From the NCBI GenBank assembly GCA_016284875.1, contig JAEEPS010000002.1:18363-82362 (forward strand): a stretch of DNA of 64,000 nt. Direction: 5' to 3'. The stretch comes from Salinivirgaceae bacterium. Lineage in GTDB: Bacteria; Bacteroidota; Bacteroidia; Bacteroidales; SZUA-534. Both the position numbers and the translations under genes were made by a program. Below the pieces are notes generated by a model that searched no databases, was not told the DNA's origin, and saw only the letters and a list, made by a program, of their open reading frames with translations. Position 1 is the first letter of the stretch. The number at the start of each line of letters is the position of its first letter. This document shows, one piece after another, positions 53,271 through 63,768 of the stretch.

Positions 53271-54830
53271 ATGACGAATAAAGACAAAATTGGAGGGCTG
53301 ATTAAAAAAAGAGCCGAGGCCAAAGTTGGAGGCGGTGTTGCGCGAATCGACAAACAACACGAAAAAGGCAAACTCACAGCCCGCGAACGCATCAACATGC
53401 TGCTCGACGAGGGCAGTTTTGAGGAGTTCGATATGTTTGTGAGCCACCGCTGCACAAACTTCGGAATGGACAAGCAGAAATTTATGGGCGACGGCGTTGT
53501 AACTGGCCACGGAACCATCGACGGACGCGTGGTTTACATTTACGCTCAAGACTTTACGGTGTTCGGCGGCTCGCTGTCGGAAACCATGTCGCAGAAGATT
53601 TGCAAGGTGATGGATATGGCCATGAAGGTTGGCGCACCCGTCATCGGAATCAACGACTCGGGCGGCGCGCGTATTCAAGAAGGTGTGAATTCTCTCACTG
53701 GCTTTGCCAACATTTTCGAACGTAACATTCTTGCTTCGGGCGTAATTCCCCAAATATCAGCAATATACGGCCCTTGCGCAGGCGGCGCGGTTTACTCGCC
53801 CGCCATCACCGACTTTGTCTTTATGAATCAAGACACAAGTTATATGTTCCTGACTGGCCCGAAGGTTGTGAAAACCGTTACGGGCGAAGTTGTTAACGAA
53901 GAACAACTTGGTGGCGCTCAAGTACATACATCGAAATCGGGCGTTGCCCACTTTGTTTCGGAAAACGAGGAAGAAGGCCTGATGGCGATTCGCCGTCTGC
54001 TCTCGTTCCTGCCGCAGAACAACCTTGAGGAGGCGCCGCTGCTTGAGTGCAACGACCCAATCAACCGTCTTGAAGACTCGCTCAACGAGATTATCCCCGA
54101 CAACCCGAACACGCCGTACGATATGAAAGACGTCATTCTGGCCATCATCGACAACGGCGATTTCATGGAAGTTCAGGAGAATTTTGCAAAGAACATAATT
54201 GTAGGTTTCGCACGCTTCAACGGCGCATCGGTGGGCATCGTGGCCAACCAACCGTCGTTTATGGCAGGTGTGCTCGACAGCAACGCTGCCCGCAAGGCCG
54301 CCCGTTTCATCCGCTTCTGCGACGCCTTCAATATTCCGATTGTAACACTTGTTGATGTGCCTGGATTCCTTCCTGGAACAGGTCAGGAATACAACGCCAT
54401 CATATCGCACGGCGCCAAACTGCTCTACGCTTACGGCGAGGCCACAGTGCCAAAAATCACCGTCATCCTGCGCAAGGCTTACGGCGGCGCCTACATTGTG
54501 ATGGGCTCAAAGGGCCTTCGCGGCGACATCAACTACGCATGGCCGTCGGCTGAGATTGCCGTGATGGGTGCCAAAGGTGCGGTTGAGATTCTTGAAGGCA
54601 AGAATATCAGCAAGATAGAAGATGCCGACGAGAAAGCCGCCTACATCAAGCAGGCCGAGGACGAGTACACAGACAAATTCTCGAACCCGTATGTGGCTGC
54701 GCAGATGGGCTACCTTGACGACGTGATTGAGCCACGCAACACCCGCTTCCGCGTGATTCGCGCGCTGCAAGTGCTCGCCACAAAGAAAGATTCTGTTCCC
54801 GCAAAGAAACACTCAAACATTCCATTGTAA
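53271..54830 (+). CDS. mmdA: Methylmalonyl-CoA decarboxylase alpha subunit (acyl-CoA carboxyltransferase)
   Basis: 519 aa from the ATG at 53271. The carboxyltransferase N and C halves are present (GKLTARERI..., GGARIQEG, ...[17 protein letters not shown]). It is the first gene of the decarboxylase operon. Confidence 0.9.
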   Translation: MTNKDKIGGLIKKRAEAKVGGGVARIDKQHEKGKLTARERINMLLDEGSFEEFDMFVSHRCTNFGMDKQKFMGDGVVTGHGTIDGRVVYIYAQDFTVFGGSLSETMSQKICKVMDMAMKVGAPVIGINDSGGARIQEGVNSLTGFANIFERNILASGVIPQISAIYGPCAGGAVYSPAITDFVFMNQDTSYMFLTGPKVVKTVTGEVVNEEQLGGAQVHTSKSGVAHFVSENEEEGLMAIRRLLSFLPQNNLEEAPLLECNDPINRLEDSLNEIIPDNPNTPYDMKDVILAIIDNGDFMEVQENFAKNIIVGFARFNGASVGIVANQPSFMAGVLDSNAARKAARFIRFCDAFNIPIVTLVDVPGFLPGTGQEYNAIISHGAKLLYAYGEATVPKITVILRKAYGGAYIVMGSKGLRGDINYAWPSAEIAVMGAKGAVEILEGKNISKIEDADEKAAYIKQAEDEYTDKFSNPYVAAQMGYLDDVIEPRNTRFRVIRALQVLATKKDSVPAKKHSNIPL

Positions 54831-55703
54831 ATGAAGCCGATACGAATATTAACACTGATTATTGCTCTGTCGGCCTGCGTTGCGGCATCCGCCCAAAACG
54901 CGTCAGATTTGCGGATAAACGAGGTGATGGTTTTCAACGACTCGAGCGTGGTTGACGATTACGGAAACCATGTGGGATGGATTGAGATTTTCAACACATC
55001 GTACAACACCGTCAACCTGAGCGGGCTGTTCCTGACCGACGATATGGGCAATCCGACAAAGAGCCGCATCGCCAAAAGTCCCGATGCGACAATCGCACCG
55101 CGCAGTTACTTTATATTGTATGCCACAGGCGACAAATCGGTTGGCGTGCACCATCTGACCTTCAACCTGAAAAACAGCCGAATGATTGCGCTGTTCGACG
55201 GCAACGGCCGCACCATAATCGACAGCGTTGCGCTTCCCGCAATGACAGCCGACATGTCGCTGAGCCGCGAAACAGACGGCGGCGAAGTGTGGACAACCAA
55301 GAATCTGCCCACACCGAACTCGAGCAACTGGTTCGAACCGTTTGCGGGCGAAGTTGACCAATTCAAGTCGCTCGACCCGTTCGGCGCAGGCATGGCAATG
55401 ATTGCCATGACCATTGTACTTGGTTCATTGGCAACACTTTACTGCTGTTTTAAGATTGTCGGCCGAATAGCCACACGCAAGAAAAAAGACAAGCCGTTTG
55501 TGGCCAAAAACGCCGAAACGGGCGAAGAAGCATCAAATGAAGTGAACGCAGCAATCGCTTTGGCACTATTCTTGCTTAGCAAACAAGAGCACGACGATGA
55601 GTACACCGTTCTGACGATGCACAAAGTGTCGAGAAACTACTCGCCGTGGAGTTCAAAAATATATGGTCTGCGCAAGCGTCCTGGCGGTTTATCGTCATTC
55701 TAA
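54831..55703 (+). CDS. Lamin-tail-domain protein with C-terminal OadG-like membrane anchor (decarboxylase small-subunit position)
   Basis: The ATG abuts the mmdA stop. LTD-like segments are LRINEVMVFNDSS...GWIEIFNTSYNTVNLSGLFLTDD. A single TM helix (GMAMIAMTIVLGSLATLYCCF) and its tail resemble the OadG/MmdD family. Confidence 0.65.
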   Translation: MKPIRILTLIIALSACVAASAQNASDLRINEVMVFNDSSVVDDYGNHVGWIEIFNTSYNTVNLSGLFLTDDMGNPTKSRIAKSPDATIAPRSYFILYATGDKSVGVHHLTFNLKNSRMIALFDGNGRTIIDSVALPAMTADMSLSRETDGGEVWTTKNLPTPNSSNWFEPFAGEVDQFKSLDPFGAGMAMIAMTIVLGSLATLYCCFKIVGRIATRKKKDKPFVAKNAETGEEASNEVNAAIALALFLLSKQEHDDEYTVLTMHKVSRNYSPWSSKIYGLRKRPGGLSSF

Positions 55704-55726
55704 AAACGAAAAAAAACTTTTGGGAT

Positions 55727-56170
55727 ATGGAAAAGTTCAATTTTATAATCAACGGTAACAATTACGATACCGAAGTCCTTGAAATCATTGACAATAAGGC
55801 GCAAATACAAGTTAATGGCGTCATCTACAATGTTGAAATCGACAACTCGAAACAAAAAATAGCAAACACACCGCGCGCAAATGTCGCACGGCCGATTGTT
55901 AAATCGGCTTCGGCTGACACACAAACCATTGTGAAACAAACACGTACAGCCGTCAGCGATAACGCTGTGACAGCCCCGCTGCCTGGTGTGATTCTGGACG
56001 TGAAAGTGAACGTTGGCGACACCGTGACCGCTGGTCAGCACCTGCTCACGCTTGAAGCGATGAAGATGGAAAACAACATCGACTCGCCGAAAGACGGCGT
56101 GGTTAAGAGCATTGCCAAACACAAAGGCGACTCGGTGATGGAAGGCGACGCATTGATTGTCATTGAATAG
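55727..56170 (+). CDS. mmdC: Biotin carboxyl carrier subunit of the decarboxylase
   Basis: The C-terminal biotinyl domain carries the EAMKMEN biotinylation motif. The start is trimmed to the ATG at 55727. Confidence 0.9.
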   Translation: MEKFNFIINGNNYDTEVLEIIDNKAQIQVNGVIYNVEIDNSKQKIANTPRANVARPIVKSASADTQTIVKQTRTAVSDNAVTAPLPGVILDVKVNVGDTVTAGQHLLTLEAMKMENNIDSPKDGVVKSIAKHKGDSVMEGDALIVIE

Positions 56171-56212
56171 CAATAGGATTAATCCATTGATTTACAAATA
56201 GAAAATCCACTA

Positions 56213-57370
56213 ATGGAACACGGATTCATATCATTTGTGCTCGAACATATAGCACAATTCTTCTCATACACAGCCTTCGCCAACATGACCATCGGCCACC
56301 TTGTGATGATTGCCGTTGGTTTGGTTTTCATCTATTTAGCCATTGCGAAGGAATTTGAACCGATGCTGCTGCTGCCAATCGGTTTCGGCATCATCATTGG
56401 CAACATTGCCTTCGCGCCTGGTCTGAAAATCGGCATCTACGAGAGCGGCAGTGTGCTTAACTACTTGCATTTCGGTGTTTTACAAGGCGTTTACCCGCCA
56501 CTGATATTTTTGGGTATTGGTGCGATGACCGACTTTTCGGCGCTCATATCGAACCCGAAACTGGTGCTGGTTGGCGGCGCCGCGCAGTTGGGCATTTTTG
56601 GCGCTTACGCGATTGCCCTGGCGCTGGGATTCACATCGCCCGAAGCAGGTGCAATCGGCATCATCGGCGGTGCCGACGGCCCGACAGCCATCTTCCTTTC
56701 GTCGAAACTGGCCCCCGACCTGATGGGCGCCATTGCCATATCGGCATACTCTTATATGGCGCTTGTGCCTGTGATTCAGCCGCCGCTGATGAAACTTCTG
56801 ACAACAGAAAAAGAGCGCACCATCAAGATGAAACCGCCACGTGCCGTTTCGAAGACAGAGCGCATCATGTTCCCGATTATCGGCTTGCTGCTCACCTGTC
56901 TTCTGGTTCCGTCGGGTCTGCCGCTGCTGGGTATGCTGTTCTTTGGCAACCTGCTGAAAGAGAGCACTGTAACCAAACGCCTGGCCGACACCGCACGCGG
57001 TCCGCTCATCGACATTGTGACAATCCTTATCGGCTTGACCGTGGGCGCTTCAACACAAGCAACCACCTTCCTGACAGCCAAATCGATAGGCATCTTTGCA
57101 CTGGGTGCAATCTCGTTTGTGATTGCAACCTGCGGCGGTGTGCTGTTCGTGAAGTTCTTCAACCTGTTCCTGAAGGAAGGCAACAAAATCAACCCGCTCA
57201 TTGGCAACGCTGGTGTTTCGGCTGTGCCCGACAGCGCGCGCGTTTCGGAAGTTGTTGGCCTTGAGTTCGATAAGAGCAACCACCTGCTGATGCACGCAAT
57301 GGGCTGCAACGTGGCTGGCGTCATCGGTAGCGCCATTGCCGCTGGTATCTTGCTGAGTTTCTTGAGTTGA
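56213..57370 (+). CDS. mmdB: Na+-translocating decarboxylase beta subunit
   Basis: 385-aa polytopic membrane protein of the OadB/MmdB/GcdB family (GADGPTAIF, NPLIGNAGVSAVPDSARV). Confidence 0.9.
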   Translation: MEHGFISFVLEHIAQFFSYTAFANMTIGHLVMIAVGLVFIYLAIAKEFEPMLLLPIGFGIIIGNIAFAPGLKIGIYESGSVLNYLHFGVLQGVYPPLIFLGIGAMTDFSALISNPKLVLVGGAAQLGIFGAYAIALALGFTSPEAGAIGIIGGADGPTAIFLSSKLAPDLMGAIAISAYSYMALVPVIQPPLMKLLTTEKERTIKMKPPRAVSKTERIMFPIIGLLLTCLLVPSGLPLLGMLFFGNLLKESTVTKRLADTARGPLIDIVTILIGLTVGASTQATTFLTAKSIGIFALGAISFVIATCGGVLFVKFFNLFLKEGNKINPLIGNAGVSAVPDSARVSEVVGLEFDKSNHLLMHAMGCNVAGVIGSAIAAGILLSFLS

Positions 57371-59376
57371 TGCGAAACTATCTGACTAACATAAAGTTAT
57401 TTGCAAAAAGGATACTTCTGATATTCGTCTTTATGACTGCCACAAGGCTGCTGTTCTATGCAATGAATAGCAGCCATTTTTGTTTGTCATTCAGCGAGTT
57501 AGTCTTGCATTTGCTCTACGGGCTGCATTTCGATATGGTGTCGATTGCGCTGGCCAATATGTTGTTTGTGCTGATGAGCGTTGTTCCGGTGAGCCGGATT
57601 TTAGACAATCAAATCTATCAGAAAATACTGAAAATCATCTTTTTAATCACAAACATTGCAATTCTTGCGTGCAATTTTGTGGATTGCAAATTCTATGAGT
57701 GGGAAGAGAAACGGCTCACGGCCGACATTTTCACACCCGAATGGATGGGCGATGATTTTCTGACGCTGCTGCCACGATTCTTCACCGACTATTGGCCACT
57801 GTTTCTGCTATTTGCGGCCACGGTGGCGCTGTTTGTCTGGCTTTATCCCAATCACAAGTCCGTTGAAAGGCAACGCTGCACTCCGCTTGAATATGCAGCA
57901 CAAAGTATTGTGGCTCTGCTAATTATAGCAATTACCGCAATAGCATCGCGCGGCAGTTTTGGCGAGAAACCGCTGCGCATTATGGCGGCTGCCAAATACA
58001 CCACGCCCGAACGGATGCCGCTGGTGCTGAACTCATCGTTCACAATCTTCAAAACATTGGGCAACAGCACGTTATCACAATATAACTACTTCACCGAAGA
58101 TGAACTAGAGCAGATTTACACACCACTTCACGCACCTGTCAGCACTGCCGTTGGCAAGGGCAAGAATGTGGTTATCATTATTTTAGAGAGTTTCGGCCGC
58201 GAATACAGCGCACTGCTCAACAACTCGAAAACCGGCTACACGCCTTGCCTTGACTCGCTGATGCGCCAAGGTCTTTACTGCACAAACGCGTACGCCAACG
58301 GCAAACGCTCAATTGAAGCAATGCCGTCGGTGATGGCATCGCTGCCTGCACTGCTCGACAAGGCGTTCATCACATCGACATACGCATCGAACCAAATTGA
58401 CGGCATAGCCACCCTGCTTGGCCGGCAAGGCTACACATCGGCCTTCTTCCACGGCGGCGCAAACGGCACAATGAGCTTCGACAGTTTTACGAGCCTTGCC
58501 GGATTCGAGCGCTACTACGGCTTTAACGAGTATCCCGACAAGGGCGATTCCGACAACTATTGGGGCATTTTCGACGAACCGTTTGAACAGTTTATGGTCA
58601 ATGAGTTATCGACTTTCAAGCAGCCGTTTGTGGCCGGGCTGTTCACTTTGAGCTCGCACCACCCCTACACCATTCCCGAGCAGCATAAAGGCCGTTTCCC
58701 GAAAGGGCATTTGATTAATTTAGAGAGCATTGGCTATGCCGATTACGCTCTGGGGCGATTCTTTGAGTCGGCTGCGAAAACCGATTGGTACAACAACACG
58801 CTTTTTGTGCTGACGGCCGACCACACAGCGCAGTCGGAATCGGAATTCTACCAATCGACAGTGGGACATTATGCTGTGCCACTGATATTTATCTGCCCGT
58901 CGGACAGCACAATGCACGGCGTCTACACCCGCACTGCGCAGCAAATCGATATTATGCCCACCATTCTTGACTACGTGGGCTGCGACGAGCCTTATGTGGC
59001 CTTCGGCAACAGCCTGTTCGACAGCGCCGCACCACGTGTTTCAGTGAGCTATCTGAACGGACTTTATCAGATTATCGACGACGAACGGTGCGTGATTTTC
59101 GATGGCGATGAGTTCACAACATCGATGGAAATCAGAAAGTTGCATCAGAACGACGGAATCGACCGCTACGCCAACGGATACCAATTTGTTTCCATCGGCG
59201 AAAGCCTGAAACGATACAAAGCCGAAGCCGACGAACTGCTGCGCAATCGCAATACGTATCTGTCTAAAAACAAGACAGATGAGCAAAATCTGCAACTTTT
59301 GAAAGGCATCATTCAGCAGTACAACACACGGATGCAAAACAATGAGTTGTCGGCAAAACGAAATAAAATTCGTTAA
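57370..59376 (+). CDS. LTA-synthase-family / sulfatase-fold phosphoglycerol (or phosphoethanolamine) transferase
   Basis: Five N-terminal TM helices are followed by an alkaline-phosphatase-superfamily domain (NVVIIILESFGREY, LTADH). The ATG overlaps the mmdB stop (TGATG). Confidence 0.75.
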   Translation: MRNYLTNIKLFAKRILLIFVFMTATRLLFYAMNSSHFCLSFSELVLHLLYGLHFDMVSIALANMLFVLMSVVPVSRILDNQIYQKILKIIFLITNIAILACNFVDCKFYEWEEKRLTADIFTPEWMGDDFLTLLPRFFTDYWPLFLLFAATVALFVWLYPNHKSVERQRCTPLEYAAQSIVALLIIAITAIASRGSFGEKPLRIMAAAKYTTPERMPLVLNSSFTIFKTLGNSTLSQYNYFTEDELEQIYTPLHAPVSTAVGKGKNVVIIILESFGREYSALLNNSKTGYTPCLDSLMRQGLYCTNAYANGKRSIEAMPSVMASLPALLDKAFITSTYASNQIDGIATLLGRQGYTSAFFHGGANGTMSFDSFTSLAGFERYYGFNEYPDKGDSDNYWGIFDEPFEQFMVNELSTFKQPFVAGLFTLSSHHPYTIPEQHKGRFPKGHLINLESIGYADYALGRFFESAAKTDWYNNTLFVLTADHTAQSESEFYQSTVGHYAVPLIFICPSDSTMHGVYTRTAQQIDIMPTILDYVGCDEPYVAFGNSLFDSAAPRVSVSYLNGLYQIIDDERCVIFDGDEFTTSMEIRKLHQNDGIDRYANGYQFVSIGESLKRYKAEADELLRNRNTYLSKNKTDEQNLQLLKGIIQQYNTRMQNNELSAKRNKIR

Positions 59377-59389
59377 TTTGCAGAAAAAA

Positions 59390-60370
59390 ATGGCCGAAGA
59401 AATTCTTTTCATAGTAAACCCCATTTCGGGCACCGGCAAGCAGAAACATCTGAACGCCATTCTTGAGAAAACGCTGGATTTCAACGCTTTCAGTCCGACT
59501 ATTCTCTACACCCAACACGCTGGTCACGCAACCGAACTGAGCCACGAAGCCATTGGCAAATACCGCTATGTGATTGCCGTTGGCGGCGACGGAACAGTGA
59601 ACGAAGTGGCGAAAGGGCTGGTTGGCTCCGACACCACCATGGGCATCATTCCTGTGGGCTCAGGCAATGGACTAGCGCGGCACCTGAACATTCCGATGAA
59701 GATGGACGAAGCCGTGAAAGTCATCAACAAACGGCTGACTGAACGCATTGACACTGTGAAGATTAACAATGAATTATCGGTCAATGTGTCGGGCACGGGA
59801 TTCGACGCGCACGTGGCTCACAAATTCGCGAAAAACGGCAAGCGCGGCTCGATTCCATACGTGAAAATCGCCGCAACCGAGTTTCAGCAATACAAGACGC
59901 AGGCCTACAAGATTGTGGCCGACGGGCAGCCGATGTTCCGCAACGCCTTCATGATAAGCCTTGCCAACTCGGCGCAGTTCGGCAACAACGCGCTCATCTC
60001 GCCCGAAGCAAAGATTGACGACGGCCTGGTTGACATCTGCATCTTATCGGAATTTCCGAAAGTGGAAGCGCCCGCACTGGCCGCACGGCTCTTCAACCGC
60101 ACCATGCACAAGTCGAACTTTCTTGAGATTGTGCGTGCCAAATCGGTTCAGATAGACACCAATCACCCGATTGTCTGCCACATCGATGGCGAACCCGTGG
60201 TTTTCGACGATATGCTCAACATTGAGGTGCAGCCAGCATCGCTCAGCATCATCTACAACGATGAAGTACAGAAACCGATAATCACCAACATCGAAAGGGA
60301 ATTTACGAAACTGTTCAGCAACGCCAAAGGCGGTATTTTTGGCAACAAAAAGAAAATCGATGCGAAATGA
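59390..60370 (+). CDS. Diacylglycerol-kinase-family lipid kinase (YegS/BmrU-like)
   Basis: ILFIVNPISGTGK and the DAGK catalytic motif GGDGTVNEV are present. The start is trimmed to the ATG at 59390. Confidence 0.85.
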   Translation: MAEEILFIVNPISGTGKQKHLNAILEKTLDFNAFSPTILYTQHAGHATELSHEAIGKYRYVIAVGGDGTVNEVAKGLVGSDTTMGIIPVGSGNGLARHLNIPMKMDEAVKVINKRLTERIDTVKINNELSVNVSGTGFDAHVAHKFAKNGKRGSIPYVKIAATEFQQYKTQAYKIVADGQPMFRNAFMISLANSAQFGNNALISPEAKIDDGLVDICILSEFPKVEAPALAARLFNRTMHKSNFLEIVRAKSVQIDTNHPIVCHIDGEPVVFDDMLNIEVQPASLSIIYNDEVQKPIITNIEREFTKLFSNAKGGIFGNKKKIDAK

Positions 60371-60954
60371 AAAACGTAATTTTTGATTTGGGCGGTGTTG
60401 TCTTTTCGCGCGACAAACGATTGTGTTCCAACGATTTGCTTGCATTTTGGAAAATCATTCACGCCACCCCAACACCAAAATTCTGGCTTGAGTTCGACCG
60501 CGGCACTCTCACCTGGGAAGAGATGGTTCTGACCATGACCGAAGTGATGCAAATGCCTTATAATCACTGCGATGAGATTCTGCACGAAGCCATTGCGCAA
60601 ACACGCCCCGTGGCAGCCACAAGCGAACTGATTGGACAACTGAAAAAGGCTGGTTATAAACTGTTTGTGCTGTCGAATATGTCGTTCGAGTTTATTGCCG
60701 ACTTCCGCAAATACCCAATTCTTAATGAGTTCGACGGCGAAGTGATTTCGTGCTACTACAATCTGATTAAACCCGAACGCGCCATCTACGAATTGATTTC
60801 CAACAAGTTCGGGCTCAACCCCGCCGAAACGCTCTTTATCGACGACAAACCCGTTAACACCGTTGCAGCCGCCGACTTTGGATTCAATGTCTTCAACTTC
60901 GACCGCGAAAACCCTGTAAAATCGTGCGACGAGTTACGGAAGATACTGATTTAA
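60367..60954 (+). CDS. HAD-superfamily hydrolase (subfamily IA-like)
   Basis: Motif I is VIFDLGGVVF, with LSN and a late FIDD motif. ATGA overlaps the upstream stop. Confidence 0.8.
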   Translation: MKNVIFDLGGVVFSRDKRLCSNDLLAFWKIIHATPTPKFWLEFDRGTLTWEEMVLTMTEVMQMPYNHCDEILHEAIAQTRPVAATSELIGQLKKAGYKLFVLSNMSFEFIADFRKYPILNEFDGEVISCYYNLIKPERAIYELISNKFGLNPAETLFIDDKPVNTVAAADFGFNVFNFDRENPVKSCDELRKILI

Positions 60955-61100
60955 TACGATTTACCCACTAGCAAAATACCAATTTCCGCTAATCGGTTTC
61001 AGCAGATTTTATCATACTTTGATTCAATTTCCACCCAACTTTTCGCTTTAATCTTTTGCCATAGAAATTATATTTGCAACCGCTAACAAAAACGCGAGAA

Positions 61101-61673
61101 ATGGCAAAACAGACCTGGCGACCTGGAACAATGATTTATCCGCTGCCTGCGGTGCTGGTGAGTTGCGGCCGTATGGACGGCGAGCGCAACGTTTTCACCG
61201 CTTCGTGGACGGGCACCATCTGTTCCAATCCGCCGATGTGCTACGTGTCAATCCGCAAGAGCCGCCACTCGTACAACATTATCAAAGAGTCAGGCGAGTT
61301 CGTCATCAATCTGACTAACAGCGAGTTGGCGAAGGCCACCGACTGGTGCGGCGTGAAATCGGGACGCGAAGTGGACAAGTTTGAAGCGATGGGGCTGACG
61401 CCAATCAAAGCCACTCAAGTTGCCGCCCCGATGATTGATGAATCGCCCGTCAATATTGAGTGCAAAGTAGTTGAGATTAAAGAACTTGGCTCGCACGATA
61501 TGTTCATCGCCAATGTTGTGGCTGTGAACGCCGACGAGAAATATATGAACCCAAAAACGGGCGCTTTCGACCTTGGTGCGGCCGATATGATTGCCTATAT
61601 GCACGGCCAATACTACAAGTTGGGCAAGCGGATTGGCAAATTCGGGTGGACGGTTGAGAAGAAGCGCAAATAA
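61101..61673 (+). CDS. Flavin reductase-like domain protein
   Basis: 190 aa from the ATG at 61101. IYPLPAVLVSCG...NVFTASWTG is typical of the FMN-binding split-barrel flavin reductase family. Confidence 0.75.
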   Translation: MAKQTWRPGTMIYPLPAVLVSCGRMDGERNVFTASWTGTICSNPPMCYVSIRKSRHSYNIIKESGEFVINLTNSELAKATDWCGVKSGREVDKFEAMGLTPIKATQVAAPMIDESPVNIECKVVEIKELGSHDMFIANVVAVNADEKYMNPKTGAFDLGAADMIAYMHGQYYKLGKRIGKFGWTVEKKRK

Positions 61674-61715
61674 GATTTGGTTAACAGTTGAAATTCAGCG
61701 TTTTTCGGTAGAAAT

Positions 61716-63527
61716 ATGATTGGCAGCATAAAATCGATTTTCAAACTCCGCATCAAGATTCCGTTTATTGAGCGGCTTCACATCTGGCGCGGCATACATC
61801 TGACTGAAAATCAGTTTATTCTGATTTTGAGTTTCGTTGTCGGCCTGTTGAGCGGACTGGCTGCCGTGGTTCTGAAAAACACCATCCACCTGACCTATCA
61901 GTTTGTGCTGAAGGCAATTAACTCTGGTTTCGGAAGTTACATCTACCTTGCGTTGCCTGCCGTGGGCATTCTGCTCACCACGCTCTGGATAAAATTCCAC
62001 GTAAAAGACAACATCTCGCACGGAATCACACGCGTATTATTCTGTATATCACGCAAAAACGGCATCATCAAGGCGCACAACACCTACACAGGCATTGTGG
62101 GCAGTTCGCTCACCATCGGGTTTGGCGGTTCGGTTGGTGCCGAAGCGCCGATAGTGCTCACGGGCGCGGCCATCGGCAGCAATCTGGCGCGGCTTTTCAA
62201 ACTTAATTATAAGCAAGTTATACTGATGATTGGCTGCGGCGCCGCGGGTGCTGTGGCTGGCATTTTCAAGGCCCCGATTGCGGGCTTGGTCTTCACTCTG
62301 GAAGTGCTGATGCTCGATATGACAATGGCTTCGCTGGCGCCGCTCTTGATTTCGGCCGTCACAGCCACGCTGATGTCGTACTTTTTCCTTGGCAGCGAAG
62401 CCACGCTCTGCACCCTTCCGCAACCGCCCACCTTCGAACTGCACAATATTCCACTCTATCTGATACTTGGCGTGGCCGCTGGGCTCATCGGCTGGTACTT
62501 CACGGCAACATCGATGCGGATGGAAAAGTGGTTCAGCAAGATACTGAACCCGTGGAAGAAAATCGCCATCGGCGGTGTGATTCTGGGGCTGCTCATCTGG
62601 CTTTTCCCGCCGCTCTTCGGTGAAGGTTATGATGCTCTGCGCGAGATACTTACGGGCGACGGTCTGCACATTCTCGACCACTCAATGTTCGGTCAGTTTG
62701 GCGACGGCGTCTGGGTGGTTGTTGCGTATTGCGCTCTGATGCTGATTTTCAAAGTGATAGCCACATCGGCAACCACAGGCGCGGGCGGCATTGGCGGTGT
62801 GTTCGCACCATCGCTCTTTATGGGCGGCGTGCTCGGCTATATGATGGCGCATCTGCTTAACTGTCTGGATTTTATCAGCGTAAGCGAAGTTAATTTCGCC
62901 CTTGTCGGGATGGCCGCTTTTATGTCGGCACTGATGCACGCGCCGCTCACAGGCATCTTCCTGATTGCCGAAATCACGGGCGGATACAATCTGTTTGTCC
63001 CGCTGATGGTGGCGTCGGTAAGTGCTTATGTCACAATCTATTACTTTGAACCGCACAGCATCTACACCAAGCGTCTCGCGCAAAGCGGCGACCTGATAAC
63101 CCACAACAAAGACCGCGCCGCTCTGACGCTGATGCGGCTTGAAAAGGAAGTTGAGCACGACCTGACCGAAGTGGGCCCCGACCAAACTCTGCGCGACCTT
63201 GTGAACGCCATCTCGCACTCGCGCCGCAACATTTTCCCCGTGGTCGATGAAGAAGGCAAACTGATGGGAATCGTCCTGCTCGACGACATCCGCAAGATAA
63301 TGTTCAACACCGAGATGTACGACAACACCTATATATATGAGTTGATGGTGATGCCGCCCGACACCGTGAAAACCACCGACACAATGGATGTGGTGATGGA
63401 AAAATTCGAAAAATCAGGTGCTTGGAACCTGCCCGTCATCAAAAACGGATTGTATATGGGATATATCTCAAAATCAAAAATTTATACCGCATACCGCAAG
63501 GTGCTGCTGAATTTTGCGGAAGAATAG
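61716..63527 (+). CDS. ClC-family voltage-gated chloride channel/antiporter with C-terminal CBS pair
   Basis: 603 aa with selectivity-filter-like segments GSVGAEAP, GIFKAPIAG and GGVFAPSL. The CBS-like C-terminus reads NIFPVVDEEGKLMGIVLLDDI and WNLPVIKNGLYMGYISKSKI. Confidence 0.85.
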   Translation: MIGSIKSIFKLRIKIPFIERLHIWRGIHLTENQFILILSFVVGLLSGLAAVVLKNTIHLTYQFVLKAINSGFGSYIYLALPAVGILLTTLWIKFHVKDNISHGITRVLFCISRKNGIIKAHNTYTGIVGSSLTIGFGGSVGAEAPIVLTGAAIGSNLARLFKLNYKQVILMIGCGAAGAVAGIFKAPIAGLVFTLEVLMLDMTMASLAPLLISAVTATLMSYFFLGSEATLCTLPQPPTFELHNIPLYLILGVAAGLIGWYFTATSMRMEKWFSKILNPWKKIAIGGVILGLLIWLFPPLFGEGYDALREILTGDGLHILDHSMFGQFGDGVWVVVAYCALMLIFKVIATSATTGAGGIGGVFAPSLFMGGVLGYMMAHLLNCLDFISVSEVNFALVGMAAFMSALMHAPLTGIFLIAEITGGYNLFVPLMVASVSAYVTIYYFEPHSIYTKRLAQSGDLITHNKDRAALTLMRLEKEVEHDLTEVGPDQTLRDLVNAISHSRRNIFPVVDEEGKLMGIVLLDDIRKIMFNTEMYDNTYIYELMVMPPDTVKTTDTMDVVMEKFEKSGAWNLPVIKNGLYMGYISKSKIYTAYRKVLLNFAEE

Positions 63528-63602
63528 TGGCGGCCAAATAAATCTACATGTAAAAGTTCTTAACTACACTCATCTATTTTTATCGCCGATCCGAAAAACG
63601 TT

Positions 63603-63656
63603 GTTGCATAAACTATTTGAAAGTTTGCAATAAATCAATCAGTTAGTTTATGCAAC
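63603..63656. promoter_or_regulatory. Perfect 13-bp inverted repeat with 28-nt spacer in the ClC-NhaD spacer
   Basis: GTTGCATAAACTA (63603-63615) and TAGTTTATGCAAC (63644-63656) are exact reverse complements. Confidence 0.5.
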
Positions 63657-63768
63657 CAATCGGTTTTATCAATCGATATTATAGAAAAATACCATAATCA
63701 TTATAGGATTAATGGTTCTTGAACCACTACTTTTGCGCCCGAAAAATTGGGGATAAAAGTACATTGAT

